Virus record (IMG/VR): IMGVR_UViG_3300009161_000003
Location: 1 to 64,000 of that record
Source: a virus
Length of the DNA stretch: 64,000 nucleotides
Strand: one strand, 5' to 3'
In this document: one piece after another, positions 48,763-58,567 of the stretch
How positions within the stretch are numbered: position 1 is the stretch's first letter
Layout: every line of letters starts with the position of its first letter
Notes under the pieces: generated by a model
The model's database searches: none
The model's input: only the letters and a program-made list of their open reading frames with translations
What the model was told of the DNA's origin: nothing
Translations under genes and position numbers: made by a program

Positions 48763-49394
48763 TATAACAATGGGATCCAATGCTGTTGAACAAGACTATT
48801 ATTTGGATCATCTTGAATAAGGTCTGATAGCGGAACAATATCATATGCTAATGTAATTCTTGGTCCTTCCCAATCCCAATCTGCCATAGCATGCCTATGA
48901 CCCATTTCAGAAACAATCATTCTATTATTTACATTATGGTTATCAACATTTTTTCCATGAACAATATAGTGTGTTGTTGATGGTTCTGCATTGATTGAAT
49001 AGTACCCATGAAAACGAGGTGCTGGGAATGGACCATGATCATGCCAATCTAATTTTCCCTTTTTTGTAAAATTAACATTAAACCAACCTTGAACCATAAA
49101 CTTTTGTTTGCTAAAATCAATATCATAGTATTCACAAGCCTCTTTAATTAATTCAGAAAGACCTGTGTATACATTATAAATTTCTGGATTATAAAATTGA
49201 AAAACATTGTAATCTCTCCATTTTATGGTAGAAATACTTTGAGAATCAACAAAGTTATCTGACTTAGGGTCTAATGGAGTAATTCCTTTAATTTGTTCAT
49301 TTTGTATTTCATCGTAAGTTTTAAGCAAAAAACCTTTTAATTTATCAAGATCATTGTCTAAAAATCTTTCAAAAAACTTATGTTCTTTTTTCAT
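48762..49394 (-). CDS. Putative 2OG-Fe(II) oxygenase (WFN..HDH type)
   Basis: WFNVN...WHDH...HGYY...H...RITLAYD. Confidence 0.7.
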   Translation of the reverse strand: MKKEHKFFERFLDNDLDKLKGFLLKTYDEIQNEQIKGITPLDPKSDNFVDSQSISTIKWRDYNVFQFYNPEIYNVYTGLSELIKEACEYYDIDFSKQKFMVQGWFNVNFTKKGKLDWHDHGPFPAPRFHGYYSINAEPSTTHYIVHGKNVDNHNVNNRMIVSEMGHRHAMADWDWEGPRITLAYDIVPLSDLIQDDPNNSLVQQHWIPLL

Positions 49395-49424
49395 AACAAA
49401 ACCTTTCTATTTCTAATAAGTATA

Positions 49425-50159
49425 TCATAAATACGTCTTCTTTTGCCATGTAGTTTTTCTGTAATACCCAGTTACATTTGTCCTTCTTTTCTCTTCAGAT
49501 ATATTTTTTTTTGCATACTCTTTTTCATCAATCACAATCTCTTTTTGCCAAGGCTCCCTTTTTATTGGCAGCATCTGGCATATAGGAGTTCCTTTTGGAA
49601 TAATTCCAAAGAAATTCTTTTTTATAAAAATTGGAATAAAGGCAGGCAGACCCCAGATATCTGAATCAACAACGGCAGATGAAGTATAAAATGGTAAATC
49701 ATATCTATTGAATGGATGAGTAATTAAAATAGAGTACCCTTTAGGTGTTTCATAAAACCAATTCATTTTTATACCAAAATGAATAGGATGGCATTCTAGT
49801 GGAATAGCCATATCTACAGCGGGTCTTTTGTCTACTAAAATTATTCCACTATTCCACGAAAGAGAAGGAATTCCATCCTTATCTAATTCTACTAATAGGT
49901 CCTCCTCTAAACAATACATATACCCCATTACCATTGCGTCAAAAAAAGGTAAACAAAGTTTAGTAGACACATTGCTTCCATCTACCCCTCTATCGTTGAT
50001 TGGTGCCAAATCTTTTAATTTATTGCTTGCTCCTCCATATGGAGATAAATCTTTATACCAATCTGGAAGGCACTTTATAGCCTCTACTGGAGGAGACAAC
50101 CTTTTAGTAAAATCAGAAGCACCTTCACTTGCAACAAAAGTTATTTTTTTATTTTTCAC
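49425..50159 (-). CDS. Conserved phage protein (TPKGYS..HP.N / PKGTP..Q type)
   Basis: Motif pattern often seen beside phage oxygenase clusters. Confidence 0.65.
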   Translation of the reverse strand: MKNKKITFVASEGASDFTKRLSPPVEAIKCLPDWYKDLSPYGGASNKLKDLAPINDRGVDGSNVSTKLCLPFFDAMVMGYMYCLEEDLLVELDKDGIPSLSWNSGIILVDKRPAVDMAIPLECHPIHFGIKMNWFYETPKGYSILITHPFNRYDLPFYTSSAVVDSDIWGLPAFIPIFIKKNFFGIIPKGTPICQMLPIKREPWQKEIVIDEKEYAKKNISEEKRRTNVTGYYRKTTWQKKTYL

Positions 50160-50805
50160 TGTACTCCTTTATAATTTTTTTTATAATAACCTTATCTTTA
50201 ATAATGATATCAAATGCTGGAGTATTGTTTTCAATAATAAAAAAACCATCTTTTATCATTGATTCTTGTTTCTTAATTAAAAAATATATCCACTTTGGGT
50301 AAATATGTTTTAGTTTTATATCTATTTTATTTAATTTAATTGTTTCTGGAAAAACAAAAAACGGAGAACTTAAAATATTTCTGATCTCAACATCAACATC
50401 TTCATCAATAATCCATTGTGTATACATCTTGTATTGTGCTAAGTAGCAGTCATCTTTATCTTGTAAAACCCTATCTGATGGATAAAATTGTCTTAGCCAT
50501 GTTTTATCTAATGCATAAATATTATGAACACCTTTTCTTTCAACCCATATGTCTGCATGTGTATGTTGTCTTAAAACAATGTAATCATTTTCTAAGATTA
50601 ATTCTGGCCTTATTCCAAAGTTAAGGGCATAAGCATTAACAGGTTTTACTATATTATTTTTGTATTTACTATTTAAAACCCCTTCAATTTTTGTCCACTT
50701 TCTAGGCACATTTGAAATATTTTGAATTTCATAAAAATCAATATTCGCAGAGTTAAGCCAAAATTTTGATCCAACTATATTGTTAAGCACATTATCATGA
50801 GACAT
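50149..50805 (-). CDS. Hypothetical protein
   Basis: ORF track. Confidence 0.6.
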   Translation of the reverse strand: MSHDNVLNNIVGSKFWLNSANIDFYEIQNISNVPRKWTKIEGVLNSKYKNNIVKPVNAYALNFGIRPELILENDYIVLRQHTHADIWVERKGVHNIYALDKTWLRQFYPSDRVLQDKDDCYLAQYKMYTQWIIDEDVDVEIRNILSSPFFVFPETIKLNKIDIKLKHIYPKWIYFLIKKQESMIKDGFFIIENNTPAFDIIIKDKVIIKKIIKEYSEK

Positions 50806-50809
50806 ATTG

Positions 50810-50880
50810 AGCCTCTTGCAGGAATCGAACCTGCACCATCCGCTTACAAGGCGGAAGCACTGCCACTATGCTAAAGAGGC
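50810..50880 (-). tRNA. tRNA-Thr(TGT)
   Basis: Acceptor GCCTCTT/AAGAGGC, anticodon arm TCCGC-CTTGTAA-GCGGA, GGTTCGATTCC. Confidence 0.95.
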
Positions 50881-50892
50881 ATTTTTTTGTTC

Positions 50893-51072
50893 TTATTCTA
50901 ATATCTTGAATACTACTTGGCATGGATCTCCACCTTCGTCCCACTCCTGTGCTTCTTCTGGAGTCATATGAGGATCTCCATCATGTGTATTACAAAATGG
51001 TGTCGTTATCCATCCCCTTGAAATTCCGTTATTAATCCATATATCAAACTCTAATTCTTCTGTTTTGTCCAT
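50893..51072 (-). CDS. Small hypothetical protein (59 aa)
   Basis: GWIT.PFCNTHDG...GGDPC. Confidence 0.6.
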   Translation of the reverse strand: MDKTEELEFDIWINNGISRGWITTPFCNTHDGDPHMTPEEAQEWDEGGDPCQVVFKILE

Positions 51073-51086
51073 AATATATTGTATCC

Positions 51087-51611
51087 CTAAATACTCACTG
51101 TGTCAATTGGACCAAGACATGATGTAGAAAATTTAATGGCAGATGAAACAGCATTTATAGATCTTTTGCGAGCATCTTTTTGATTTTCAGTAGCGTGTAA
51201 ATTTCCTAATGCATATTGCATTCCAGATCCCATTACTAAATAATCTCCAGTGTATTGTGTTAAAGACATATCCGCAGCACTGTGCTCAAAGATCTTTCCT
51301 TTAACGCAAATAATCATTCCAAAATCAGAATCTTTTGATACATCTACCCACCACTCATTATAAAAATCACGAAGTTCTTTAATAAATTTAGTGTACATAA
51401 ATTTTTCAATATTATTTCCAGTTGGAATTGATGGTTTAAAATTATGTTTTATTCTATCGCCATCCATAGTTCCTGCGTATCCAAATAGGTATGGACCTTG
51501 TTGCCAAACTTTTGAGGTGGCACATTGAAGTATGATTTCATCGTCAGATACGCCTCTTTCGCCAGACATATAAATTTTTTCATCTTTGCGAACAACGACA
51601 ATACAAGTCAT
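51087..51611 (-). CDS. Ntn-hydrolase (HslV/proteasome-beta-like) protease
   Basis: N-terminal MTCIV, G.AG, GSG..YALG. Confidence 0.75.
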   Translation of the reverse strand: MTCIVVVRKDEKIYMSGERGVSDDEIILQCATSKVWQQGPYLFGYAGTMDGDRIKHNFKPSIPTGNNIEKFMYTKFIKELRDFYNEWWVDVSKDSDFGMIICVKGKIFEHSAADMSLTQYTGDYLVMGSGMQYALGNLHATENQKDARKRSINAVSSAIKFSTSCLGPIDTVSI

Positions 51612-51647
51612 GCTACTCCCTTAGTTTTGTTATTTTTTTTAATATTA

Positions 51648-52364
51648 TTATGCTTCATCATAGATCTGAGGTAATGGAAAATAATGTTGTTCCCAAAAAG
51701 TTTCATGTTCTTGAAATTTAGAATTAAGAAAATCTTTTTGTAAAGCCATATTTAATGGAATTATATCGTATGCAATTGTAATTCTTGGACCATCAAAATT
51801 CCAATCAGACATTGCGTGTGGAAAACCAACTAAAGACAATATTGCACGATTATTAATGTTATGATTTATTTTTATATCTCCATTAATATTATAATGTGTT
51901 TCAGAAGGTTCTGCACTTACAGAATAATATCCATGAAGAGCAAAAACTTTACGATCTGGATGCACATGATCATGCCAATTTAACTTTCCACCCTTTTCAT
52001 TATTGTTAATATTAAACCATGATTGACATACAAATTTTTGACTATTATAGTCCACATCATAATACTTACAGGCTTCTCTTGTCATGTCAACAACAGAGGA
52101 ATAAAGGTCATGGATAAATGGGTAGTACATTTTAAAAGCATTATATTCTCTAGATTTTATTGTAGAAATAGAATTTGATTCTTTAAAAAATTCATTTTCT
52201 GGATGAAGAGTATCAAACTTTTTTACTCCACGCATTTCACCATTAAGAATTCTATCATATTCAAATTCTAAAACTTCTGTTGCTTCTTTTAAATCTATAT
52301 TTAAATCTCTATAAAAAAACTTTTGTGGCTTATAGTTTTTATTAAAATAAGGTACCTTGCCCAT
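51648..52364 (-). CDS. Putative 2OG-Fe(II) oxygenase (paralog of 48762-49394)
   Basis: SISTIK, WFNIN, WHDH, GPRITIAYD. Confidence 0.7.
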   Translation of the reverse strand: MGKVPYFNKNYKPQKFFYRDLNIDLKEATEVLEFEYDRILNGEMRGVKKFDTLHPENEFFKESNSISTIKSREYNAFKMYYPFIHDLYSSVVDMTREACKYYDVDYNSQKFVCQSWFNINNNEKGGKLNWHDHVHPDRKVFALHGYYSVSAEPSETHYNINGDIKINHNINNRAILSLVGFPHAMSDWNFDGPRITIAYDIIPLNMALQKDFLNSKFQEHETFWEQHYFPLPQIYDEA

Positions 52365-52437
52365 AAAACCCCTTCAGTAGTAGATACATTAATTGTACCA
52401 CTTAAAGGGGTCTTATGTCAACTAAGGGGATTTGTCC

Positions 52438-52728
52438 TTATTTAGACTTTTTGTCCACTGACGAGAATGCTGCATTAATTTCTTGAATTGTAAGTTTGCC
52501 ATCGTCAAGAAACCCTCTAGCCAGTCTTTCAACTACAGTTGCCACTCCTAGCGTTCCAGCCAGAATAACAGCCTTTGTTGTACTAATTCCCACTACTGCT
52601 CCAGCACCTATTACAGATAGTCCTGATGCTGCAAATACCGCAACAATTCGCATAACAATATTATTTATGCTTGCAATTGCTCCTGATCCGACTTGGGTAG
52701 CCTCTTCAATTTGTTTTGCTCTTGCCAT
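52438..52728 (-). CDS. Membrane protein
   Basis: Two TMs, DDGKLT..EINAAF. Confidence 0.65.
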   Translation of the reverse strand: MARAKQIEEATQVGSGAIASINNIVMRIVAVFAASGLSVIGAGAVVGISTTKAVILAGTLGVATVVERLARGFLDDGKLTIQEINAAFSSVDKKSK

Positions 52729-52730
52729 TT

Positions 52731-52901
52731 TTATTCCTCCTTTTTATTTCTGATTGGATAACTTATCATCCAAGCAATAAATGTACCTATAATTGCATAA
52801 CCAACTACTGTTTTAGCACTTCCGTCTAAAACAACCCAGGCAATGAACATGCCAAGGATGGTCCAAAGTTGATCTATCATATCTTTTAGTATTTTTACCA
52901 T
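52731..52901 (-). CDS. Small two-TM membrane protein (56 aa)
   Basis: [27 protein letters not shown]...; read manually. Confidence 0.65.
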   Translation of the reverse strand: MVKILKDMIDQLWTILGMFIAWVVLDGSAKTVVGYAIIGTFIAWMISYPIRNKKEE

Positions 52902-55189
52902 CTCTCATTCCTCCTTGACCCTGATGAGCCACTGCCTGACCCTCCAGAATTTCCTCCTCCAGTTGACCCACCTGAAGATCCTGCTGCGCCTGCTGCTCCT
53001 GTGGCTGCTCCAACAGCATTAATTGCTGCTCCTGCAGCGATAACTGTTGCAACAACTGCGTCTGTAGATTCATTTCTTTCTTCATCACTCATGTCTGCTC
53101 CAACATTTCCAAATGCTGCCAATGCTGCTCCTGGATCTGAAAATGCTGCTGATAACAACGCTCCTGGGTCTGTCAATAACTCTAAAGAAACAGCAACTTC
53201 TGCTGTAATCACAACTTCATTTCCATTCACATCTGTACGAACCTCAACTGGAGTTTCTGGTGGAAGATCTTGTAACTGAATGCCTGCTTCAGCAACCTGT
53301 TCTTTTGTAAGGTTTTCTCCTGGCGCTACAGATTGAATAAGAGCGTCAGCAACAATATTTTTTTCTGCTTCAGATAACTTTCCATCTCCACTTACTAAAT
53401 CAATAATTGCTTTTAAATCTTCTTTTGAAACTTCTCCATCTGAAGCAAGTGCATCTAATACTGCTTCTTTATCTGCCAATGAAAGTTTTCCATCTTTTGC
53501 TAATGCTTCAATTAATTGATTAGTTTCTTTTGTATCAATTTTTCCATCTGCAGACATTACATCTGCAATATCTGAAACTTCTGAACTATCTAATTTACCA
53601 TCAGACAATGCATCAGACACAGTGTTATTTACTGCTTCTTGAGTTCCATTATCTATAGCATCTGCTTCAGCCTGTGCATTTGCTTCTTCTTGTGCCAGTG
53701 CTTCAGACTCTGCTTTAGCATTCGCCTCTTCTTGTGCTAATGCTTCGGCTTCTGCCTGAGCATCCGCTTCTGCTTGTGCTTGAGCCTCTGCTTCTGCTTT
53801 AGCGTCTGCCTCAGCCTGCGCTAGTGCTTCGGCCTCTGCTTGGGCATCAAGTGTTGCTTGTGCTAATGCCTCAGCCTCCGCTCTTGCATCCGCTTCTGCT
53901 TGTGCTTGAGCCTCTGCCTCTGCTTGTGCTTGAGCCTCTGCCTCTGCTTGTGCTTGTGCATCTGCAATTGCTTGCGCTTGAGCCTCTGCTTGTGCTTGTG
54001 CTGCATTTGCTGCTGCTATTGCAGCATTTTGTGCAGCAACTTGTGCGTTATATGCAGCAATGGCTGCTTCGGCCTCTGCTTGGGCTTGTGCTGCTTGTTG
54101 TGCAATTAATCTTGCTGCTTCTTCTTCTAGTCTTGCAATTTCAGCAAGTCTAGCAATTTCTGCTAACCTGTCTATCTCAGCAAGTCTAGCAACCTCAGCA
54201 AGTCTAGCAACTTCCGCAAGACGTGCAATCTCTGCTAATCGTGCAACCTCTGCTAAACGGGCAACCTCTGCAAGTCTGGCTTCCTCTGCTTGTGCATCAA
54301 TGATCGCTTGCGCTGCTGCAATTTCTTCTGCAGTAAGACCTATCTTTAATGTAACAACGTTTGAATTTGCAGAATACATTTGCAATGTATCGTTATCTGA
54401 TCTAATATTAAATGACCAAACCGTTCCACTTGGCTTTAGATTTGTTAGTACTGAGTGGTTAATTGTTATTGTTGTATTAAGAGAGTTGGGTTCTCCAACA
54501 TTTCCTGTTGCTATTCCCCATCCCCCGCCATCTGCGCTAAAAGAAATAGCATATCTTTCTGGCTGAGTATTACCAGTATTAGGTGCTTCCCAAGTTAATA
54601 CTGTTGATGTTTCTCCATCTACTACTGTTAAATTTCTTGGGGCACCTATAGTTAGGGGTGCTTGTGAAGTAAAGGCTTCTGCTGGAATAATTTGCATTGA
54701 TCCAGATTGATTCCAATATAGGAACACATTTGCTCCCCCACCATTTTCGTAATACATTAATTCTATAGTTTTAGGAACTCCTGCTGTAAAAGAAACTGGA
54801 GCACTTGTAGTTCCTCCACCACCCTTATCACGCCAGTCGTTTGTTATTAAAGTGCCATCAAGATATAATTTAGTTCCATCATCTGCTGTTGCTAAAAACG
54901 ATATGTTTTGGGTAGTGTTGCTAAGTATTGATCCTGTAAATCTTACAATTACGTCTTCTGAAGGTCCTCCAAGAACACTTCCACTTCCCCATTGAAAATT
55001 AATATTGGGCACAGTTGTTATTAAAGTTGGAGACATTCCTTGTGGTATATAGGGAGCAGCATTTTGACCTTGCACATTATAGACTTCTGCAGTTAAACCC
55101 TCTGTTGCATGGGCTTTTTCTGAGTACCCGAAAAATAAAGACCCGACGACAAGGCCTAAAACAATTAACGTTCTAAGTGATTTTTTCAG
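52895..55189 (-). CDS. Surface protein: signal peptide, PA14, FN3, Ala/Glu/Gln repeat stalk, DGK repeats, C-terminal anchor (probable CTG start)
   Basis: [11 protein letters not shown]...YYENGGGA (PA14); AEVARL and AQAEAE repeats; in-frame signal peptide upstream of the GTG. Confidence 0.8.
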   Translation of the reverse strand: MKKSLRTLIVLGLVVGSLFFGYSEKAHATEGLTAEVYNVQGQNAAPYIPQGMSPTLITTVPNINFQWGSGSVLGGPSEDVIVRFTGSILSNTTQNISFLATADDGTKLYLDGTLITNDWRDKGGGGTTSAPVSFTAGVPKTIELMYYENGGGANVFLYWNQSGSMQIIPAEAFTSQAPLTIGAPRNLTVVDGETSTVLTWEAPNTGNTQPERYAISFSADGGGWGIATGNVGEPNSLNTTITINHSVLTNLKPSGTVWSFNIRSDNDTLQMYSANSNVVTLKIGLTAEEIAAAQAIIDAQAEEARLAEVARLAEVARLAEIARLAEVARLAEVARLAEIDRLAEIARLAEIARLEEEAARLIAQQAAQAQAEAEAAIAAYNAQVAAQNAAIAAANAAQAQAEAQAQAIADAQAQAEAEAQAQAEAEAQAQAEADARAEAEALAQATLDAQAEAEALAQAEADAKAEAEAQAQAEADAQAEAEALAQEEANAKAESEALAQEEANAQAEADAIDNGTQEAVNNTVSDALSDGKLDSSEVSDIADVMSADGKIDTKETNQLIEALAKDGKLSLADKEAVLDALASDGEVSKEDLKAIIDLVSGDGKLSEAEKNIVADALIQSVAPGENLTKEQVAEAGIQLQDLPPETPVEVRTDVNGNEVVITAEVAVSLELLTDPGALLSAAFSDPGAALAAFGNVGADMSDEERNESTDAVVATVIAAGAAINAVGAATGAAGAAGSSGGSTGGGNSGGSGSGSSGSRRNERW
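53650..54290 (-). repeat. Coding tandem repeats (AEVARL / AQAEAE units)
   Basis: Visible in both DNA and protein. Confidence 0.85.
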
Positions 55190-55247
55190 TTCCCCTTCTC
55201 CTAGGTCAACATTGTTGACTATTATATTATAACATTATATTAAAAAG

Positions 55248-55279
55248 TGAGCAGTTTATAGACAACTACTCGGGTCTAT
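55248..55279 (-). ncRNA. Pseudoknot motif, copy 5
   Basis: ATAGAC-CCGAGTAGTT-GTCTAT-AAAC-TGCTCA on the minus strand. Confidence 0.7.
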
Positions 55280-55377
55280 CGTTCACGGTATTAACCTAAC
55301 GACTCTCATATAGAGCATCCGTATTAAATATAGCCGATCAATGTTTCATAATCTCTATAACTATATATTATACAGAA

Positions 55378-55794
55378 TTATTTGATTTTTATAGATTTTG
55401 GTTTCTTTTCTTCTGGAATATTGCGTGTAACTTTAACATTTAACATTCCATCCGTAAGATCAGCAGTTGTTACTTCCATATATTCACCAAGAGCAAATGA
55501 ACGAGTAAACTTACGAGCAGCAATTCCTTTATGTAATACTTCTGCATCAGTTACTGTTGCCTGTTCTCCCTTGATAATTAAGGTTCCTTTATCTACCGCA
55601 ATATCAAGGCTTTCTTTGCTAAACCCTGCTACTGCTAGAGTAATAATATAATTATCATCATCTAGTTTAAGTAGATCATATGGTGGAAATCCACCTGCAT
55701 TAATTGAATGTGCTTGGTTTAATCTATCTAATTCTCGATTAAATCCAATAAAAAAAGGATCTTTAAAAAGATCCATAGCGAACGTTGTTACCAT
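55378..55794 (-). CDS. Hsp20 small heat-shock protein
   Basis: FPPYD...AVAGF...HKGIAAR.F.R.F.L...GML. Confidence 0.95.
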   Translation of the reverse strand: MVTTFAMDLFKDPFFIGFNRELDRLNQAHSINAGGFPPYDLLKLDDDNYIITLAVAGFSKESLDIAVDKGTLIIKGEQATVTDAEVLHKGIAARKFTRSFALGEYMEVTTADLTDGMLNVKVTRNIPEEKKPKSIKIK

Positions 55795-55860
55795 TTTCTT
55801 TCTCCTTTTCAGCGAGTTAATTTATATCCCCGTTAGGCAGATACTATATTATTATAACAC

Positions 55861-55889
55861 AAAAGGCAGGGAACTTATGTTACCCTGCC
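55861..55889 (-). terminator. Intrinsic terminator
   Basis: GGCAGGG..CCCTGCC followed by TTTT on the minus strand. Confidence 0.7.
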
Positions 55890-55905
55890 CTAAGTGTTGG
55901 ACTAT

Positions 55906-58485
55906 TTACTTCTTTTGTAGTTTTGCTACTGCTTTAGTCAATGCATTAACAGACTTCATCAATGATGCAATCTGTGTAGTCAATGAATCGATCAAGGTTG
56001 CAACTGAGGCTTGTAGCACAGTTACCTGTGTTGCAAGAGCCTTAACTGCTGCGTTTGCAGTTGCTACGTCAGCCTTGACTGCTGTTACGTCAGTCTTGAC
56101 AGATGTCACTGAATCAATAACGTTAACTGCTGGAAGAGATACGATTGCAATTGCAGTGTTTTCTCCTTTAGCAAAACCAGTTACTGGAGTGTCTGCTATA
56201 TCTGCTGACTGTGCAATAGTTACAAGAGATGCAATGATTCCAGCATCTGCAAGTTTTCCATCAAAGGATTGTAATATTGCAGAGGCATTTCCATTAGCAT
56301 CAGTTACTGCTGAAGTTGAAGTTACTCCGTTGCCAAAGATTCCCTTAGAATCAACTGCAAAGTTAACACTAATTCCTTTAACTGGATTTCCCCAACCATC
56401 TTTAACAGTTGCAGTTACTTTTCCACTAGCAGTTGTTAATGTAATGTTTCTTGCTGTTGTTGCAACTGCATCATTAACAGTAAAGGTTGCAGTTTGTGTC
56501 AATCCTCCACCAACAACAGTTACTGTTGCAAGTCCAGGTTTCGTTCCAATTGCTGTAAATTCTTGTCCGCTTCCGATAGTAACAGTCTTCAAATCTCCTG
56601 TTAATGGACGAACAGTAGGTGCAGAAGTTCTAAGAACAACTCCGTCAGATGCAGTAACAACAAGTGCTACTCCAGAGACAGAAGTTCCTGAAGCATTCTT
56701 TAATGATGTTGCAATGGTTACTGCAGATGCAGTTCCTGCTGTTGTTGCTTGAACATCTTTTAATACTTTAACAGTCTCTGTGCTTCCACCAGTTAGTGTT
56801 AGTGAGGCATATGATCCCGTTGCAGAATAGGTAACTGTAAGAACATTTGCAGACGTTAGCAGACCAGTTGAAGTTCCTGGCGCAGTAACCTGAATGGTCA
56901 ATGCATCAACAAAGTTTGTTGTTGAAGTGCTTGAATCTTTAAATGTAATTGTTGCATCTCCATTAATATCAGTAACTGAAGTTGCAATTGTTGTTCCAAA
57001 GTTTCTGCTTGAAGAAGACAATGTTCCAGTAACAAAATAATATTGCTGAGCAGTGTCAAAGTTATTCTTTACATTAATCTTAAGGCTTGTGGTATCTCCA
57101 CTTTTAACTACAGAGTTTGTAATTGATGCACTTAATAGTGATGTAGAAATTCCAGTTGTTCCTAATGCACCTTGAGAAACTGAAGGAGCAGTATAGGTAA
57201 CTGTAACAACAGAGTTTCCTGTTGCTAGGGCAACTGTAATTGTGAATGATCCACTAGCAGTAGTAGCAGAAGTAACATATGTTCCAATTCCATTCGTTCC
57301 AATAACTACTGGATATGTTCCATTTGTAATTCCAGCAACGCTAGAAGATGTAATCTTAGCATTAACAATCGATCCTGCTGTTCCACTAATGGACCAACCA
57401 AGTGTTGATGCAGAAGAAGTGCTAGCAAAATATGTTGTTGATGTTGGTGTTTCAATTGCAACTGGAGCAACATACTTAACTGTAGATGTTGAAACTCCGA
57501 TGGCAGTTGAAAGAGCAACCTTTGTTGCAGTTGCTACTGGATTTGTTGTAAATGTTACGACTTTGGCAACTGATGGAGTTAAAATTCCACCCAAGTTAAA
57601 TGTAAGAGCAGAACTTGTTGAACCACTATGCTTAGCATGAAGATCATAGGATCCTGTTGATGCTGTAAGTGAGTCTGTTGACTCTAAGAATGTATTTGTT
57701 GTTGGTGTTCCAGATCGTGAAGCAGTTGTTAAAACACTTCCTGGAGCAGTTAACTTACCTTTTGTTACTGTTAATGTTTCTGTTGATCCAACTGCAATAG
57801 TTGAAGAAACTGTAATTCTTTCTAGAGAATTACGAAGCAATGTTGGAATACCACTAGTATCTTTAAGTGTAATTCCAAGATCAACTGACACATCCCCTGC
57901 TGTTACTAAAGAAGAAGAACTTGTTTCTAATGAAACTGGAGTTCCTCCAACTTTAACATCTGCAGTAAAGTAAGCCTCTCCACCATCAATGGTTGAGTTT
58001 CCGCCAATTGTGTTTCCCACATTGTCAATCCATAATAAAATTTTATATGTTCCTGGAGTTCTAAATGCGTTTGATAAAACGCTTACAGAATCAACCGTAA
58101 CTGTTTCATCACTTCCGCCTAGAACAACAGTTGCTGCAGTGTTGTTTGATAAAGTTGCAAGAGCCACAAGAGTGTCTCCAACTGTAATTTGAGTTGTTGC
58201 ATCGACTGTTGCTGGTGTTGGATTTGAAATAATACGACCACGAACAGTTACTGTCTCACTTGCTCCAGATGTATCTGAAAGAGCAATCATCGATACAGAA
58301 ATCTTGTTGTCTGCAGCAGTTGCTGTAGCAACGCCACTAGATAATGATGATGAACGGTTTGGAACGGTATCTACTGATAAAATTCCAGTAATTGCTGCAT
58401 TGGCTGGGGCTGATGTAATTACAGACACTCCAGACAGGGCAAGCGCACTAACTGCTGTAACAGCAATCTTTTTAAATAAGTTCAT
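55906..58485 (-). CDS. Large secreted Ig-like (Big-1) / S-layer-like surface protein
   Basis: Signal peptide ending APANA; T/S/A/V-rich; VKDGWGNPV.G..V.F, TDANG.A; C-terminal coiled coil. Confidence 0.75.
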   Translation of the reverse strand: MNLFKKIAVTAVSALALSGVSVITSAPANAAITGILSVDTVPNRSSSLSSGVATATAADNKISVSMIALSDTSGASETVTVRGRIISNPTPATVDATTQITVGDTLVALATLSNNTAATVVLGGSDETVTVDSVSVLSNAFRTPGTYKILLWIDNVGNTIGGNSTIDGGEAYFTADVKVGGTPVSLETSSSSLVTAGDVSVDLGITLKDTSGIPTLLRNSLERITVSSTIAVGSTETLTVTKGKLTAPGSVLTTASRSGTPTTNTFLESTDSLTASTGSYDLHAKHSGSTSSALTFNLGGILTPSVAKVVTFTTNPVATATKVALSTAIGVSTSTVKYVAPVAIETPTSTTYFASTSSASTLGWSISGTAGSIVNAKITSSSVAGITNGTYPVVIGTNGIGTYVTSATTASGSFTITVALATGNSVVTVTYTAPSVSQGALGTTGISTSLLSASITNSVVKSGDTTSLKINVKNNFDTAQQYYFVTGTLSSSSRNFGTTIATSVTDINGDATITFKDSSTSTTNFVDALTIQVTAPGTSTGLLTSANVLTVTYSATGSYASLTLTGGSTETVKVLKDVQATTAGTASAVTIATSLKNASGTSVSGVALVVTASDGVVLRTSAPTVRPLTGDLKTVTIGSGQEFTAIGTKPGLATVTVVGGGLTQTATFTVNDAVATTARNITLTTASGKVTATVKDGWGNPVKGISVNFAVDSKGIFGNGVTSTSAVTDANGNASAILQSFDGKLADAGIIASLVTIAQSADIADTPVTGFAKGENTAIAIVSLPAVNVIDSVTSVKTDVTAVKADVATANAAVKALATQVTVLQASVATLIDSLTTQIASLMKSVNALTKAVAKLQKK

Positions 58486-58567
58486 TTTTCTCCTATAAGT
58501 TAACATGATTTTAGCCTTTATGACTATACCTTATTATAGCAGATATATGAGAACTGTGTCAAACTGA

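Noticed and set aside
55795-55860. Heat-shock operator (HAIR or CIRCE) upstream of Hsp20
   Set aside because: No matching inverted repeat seen
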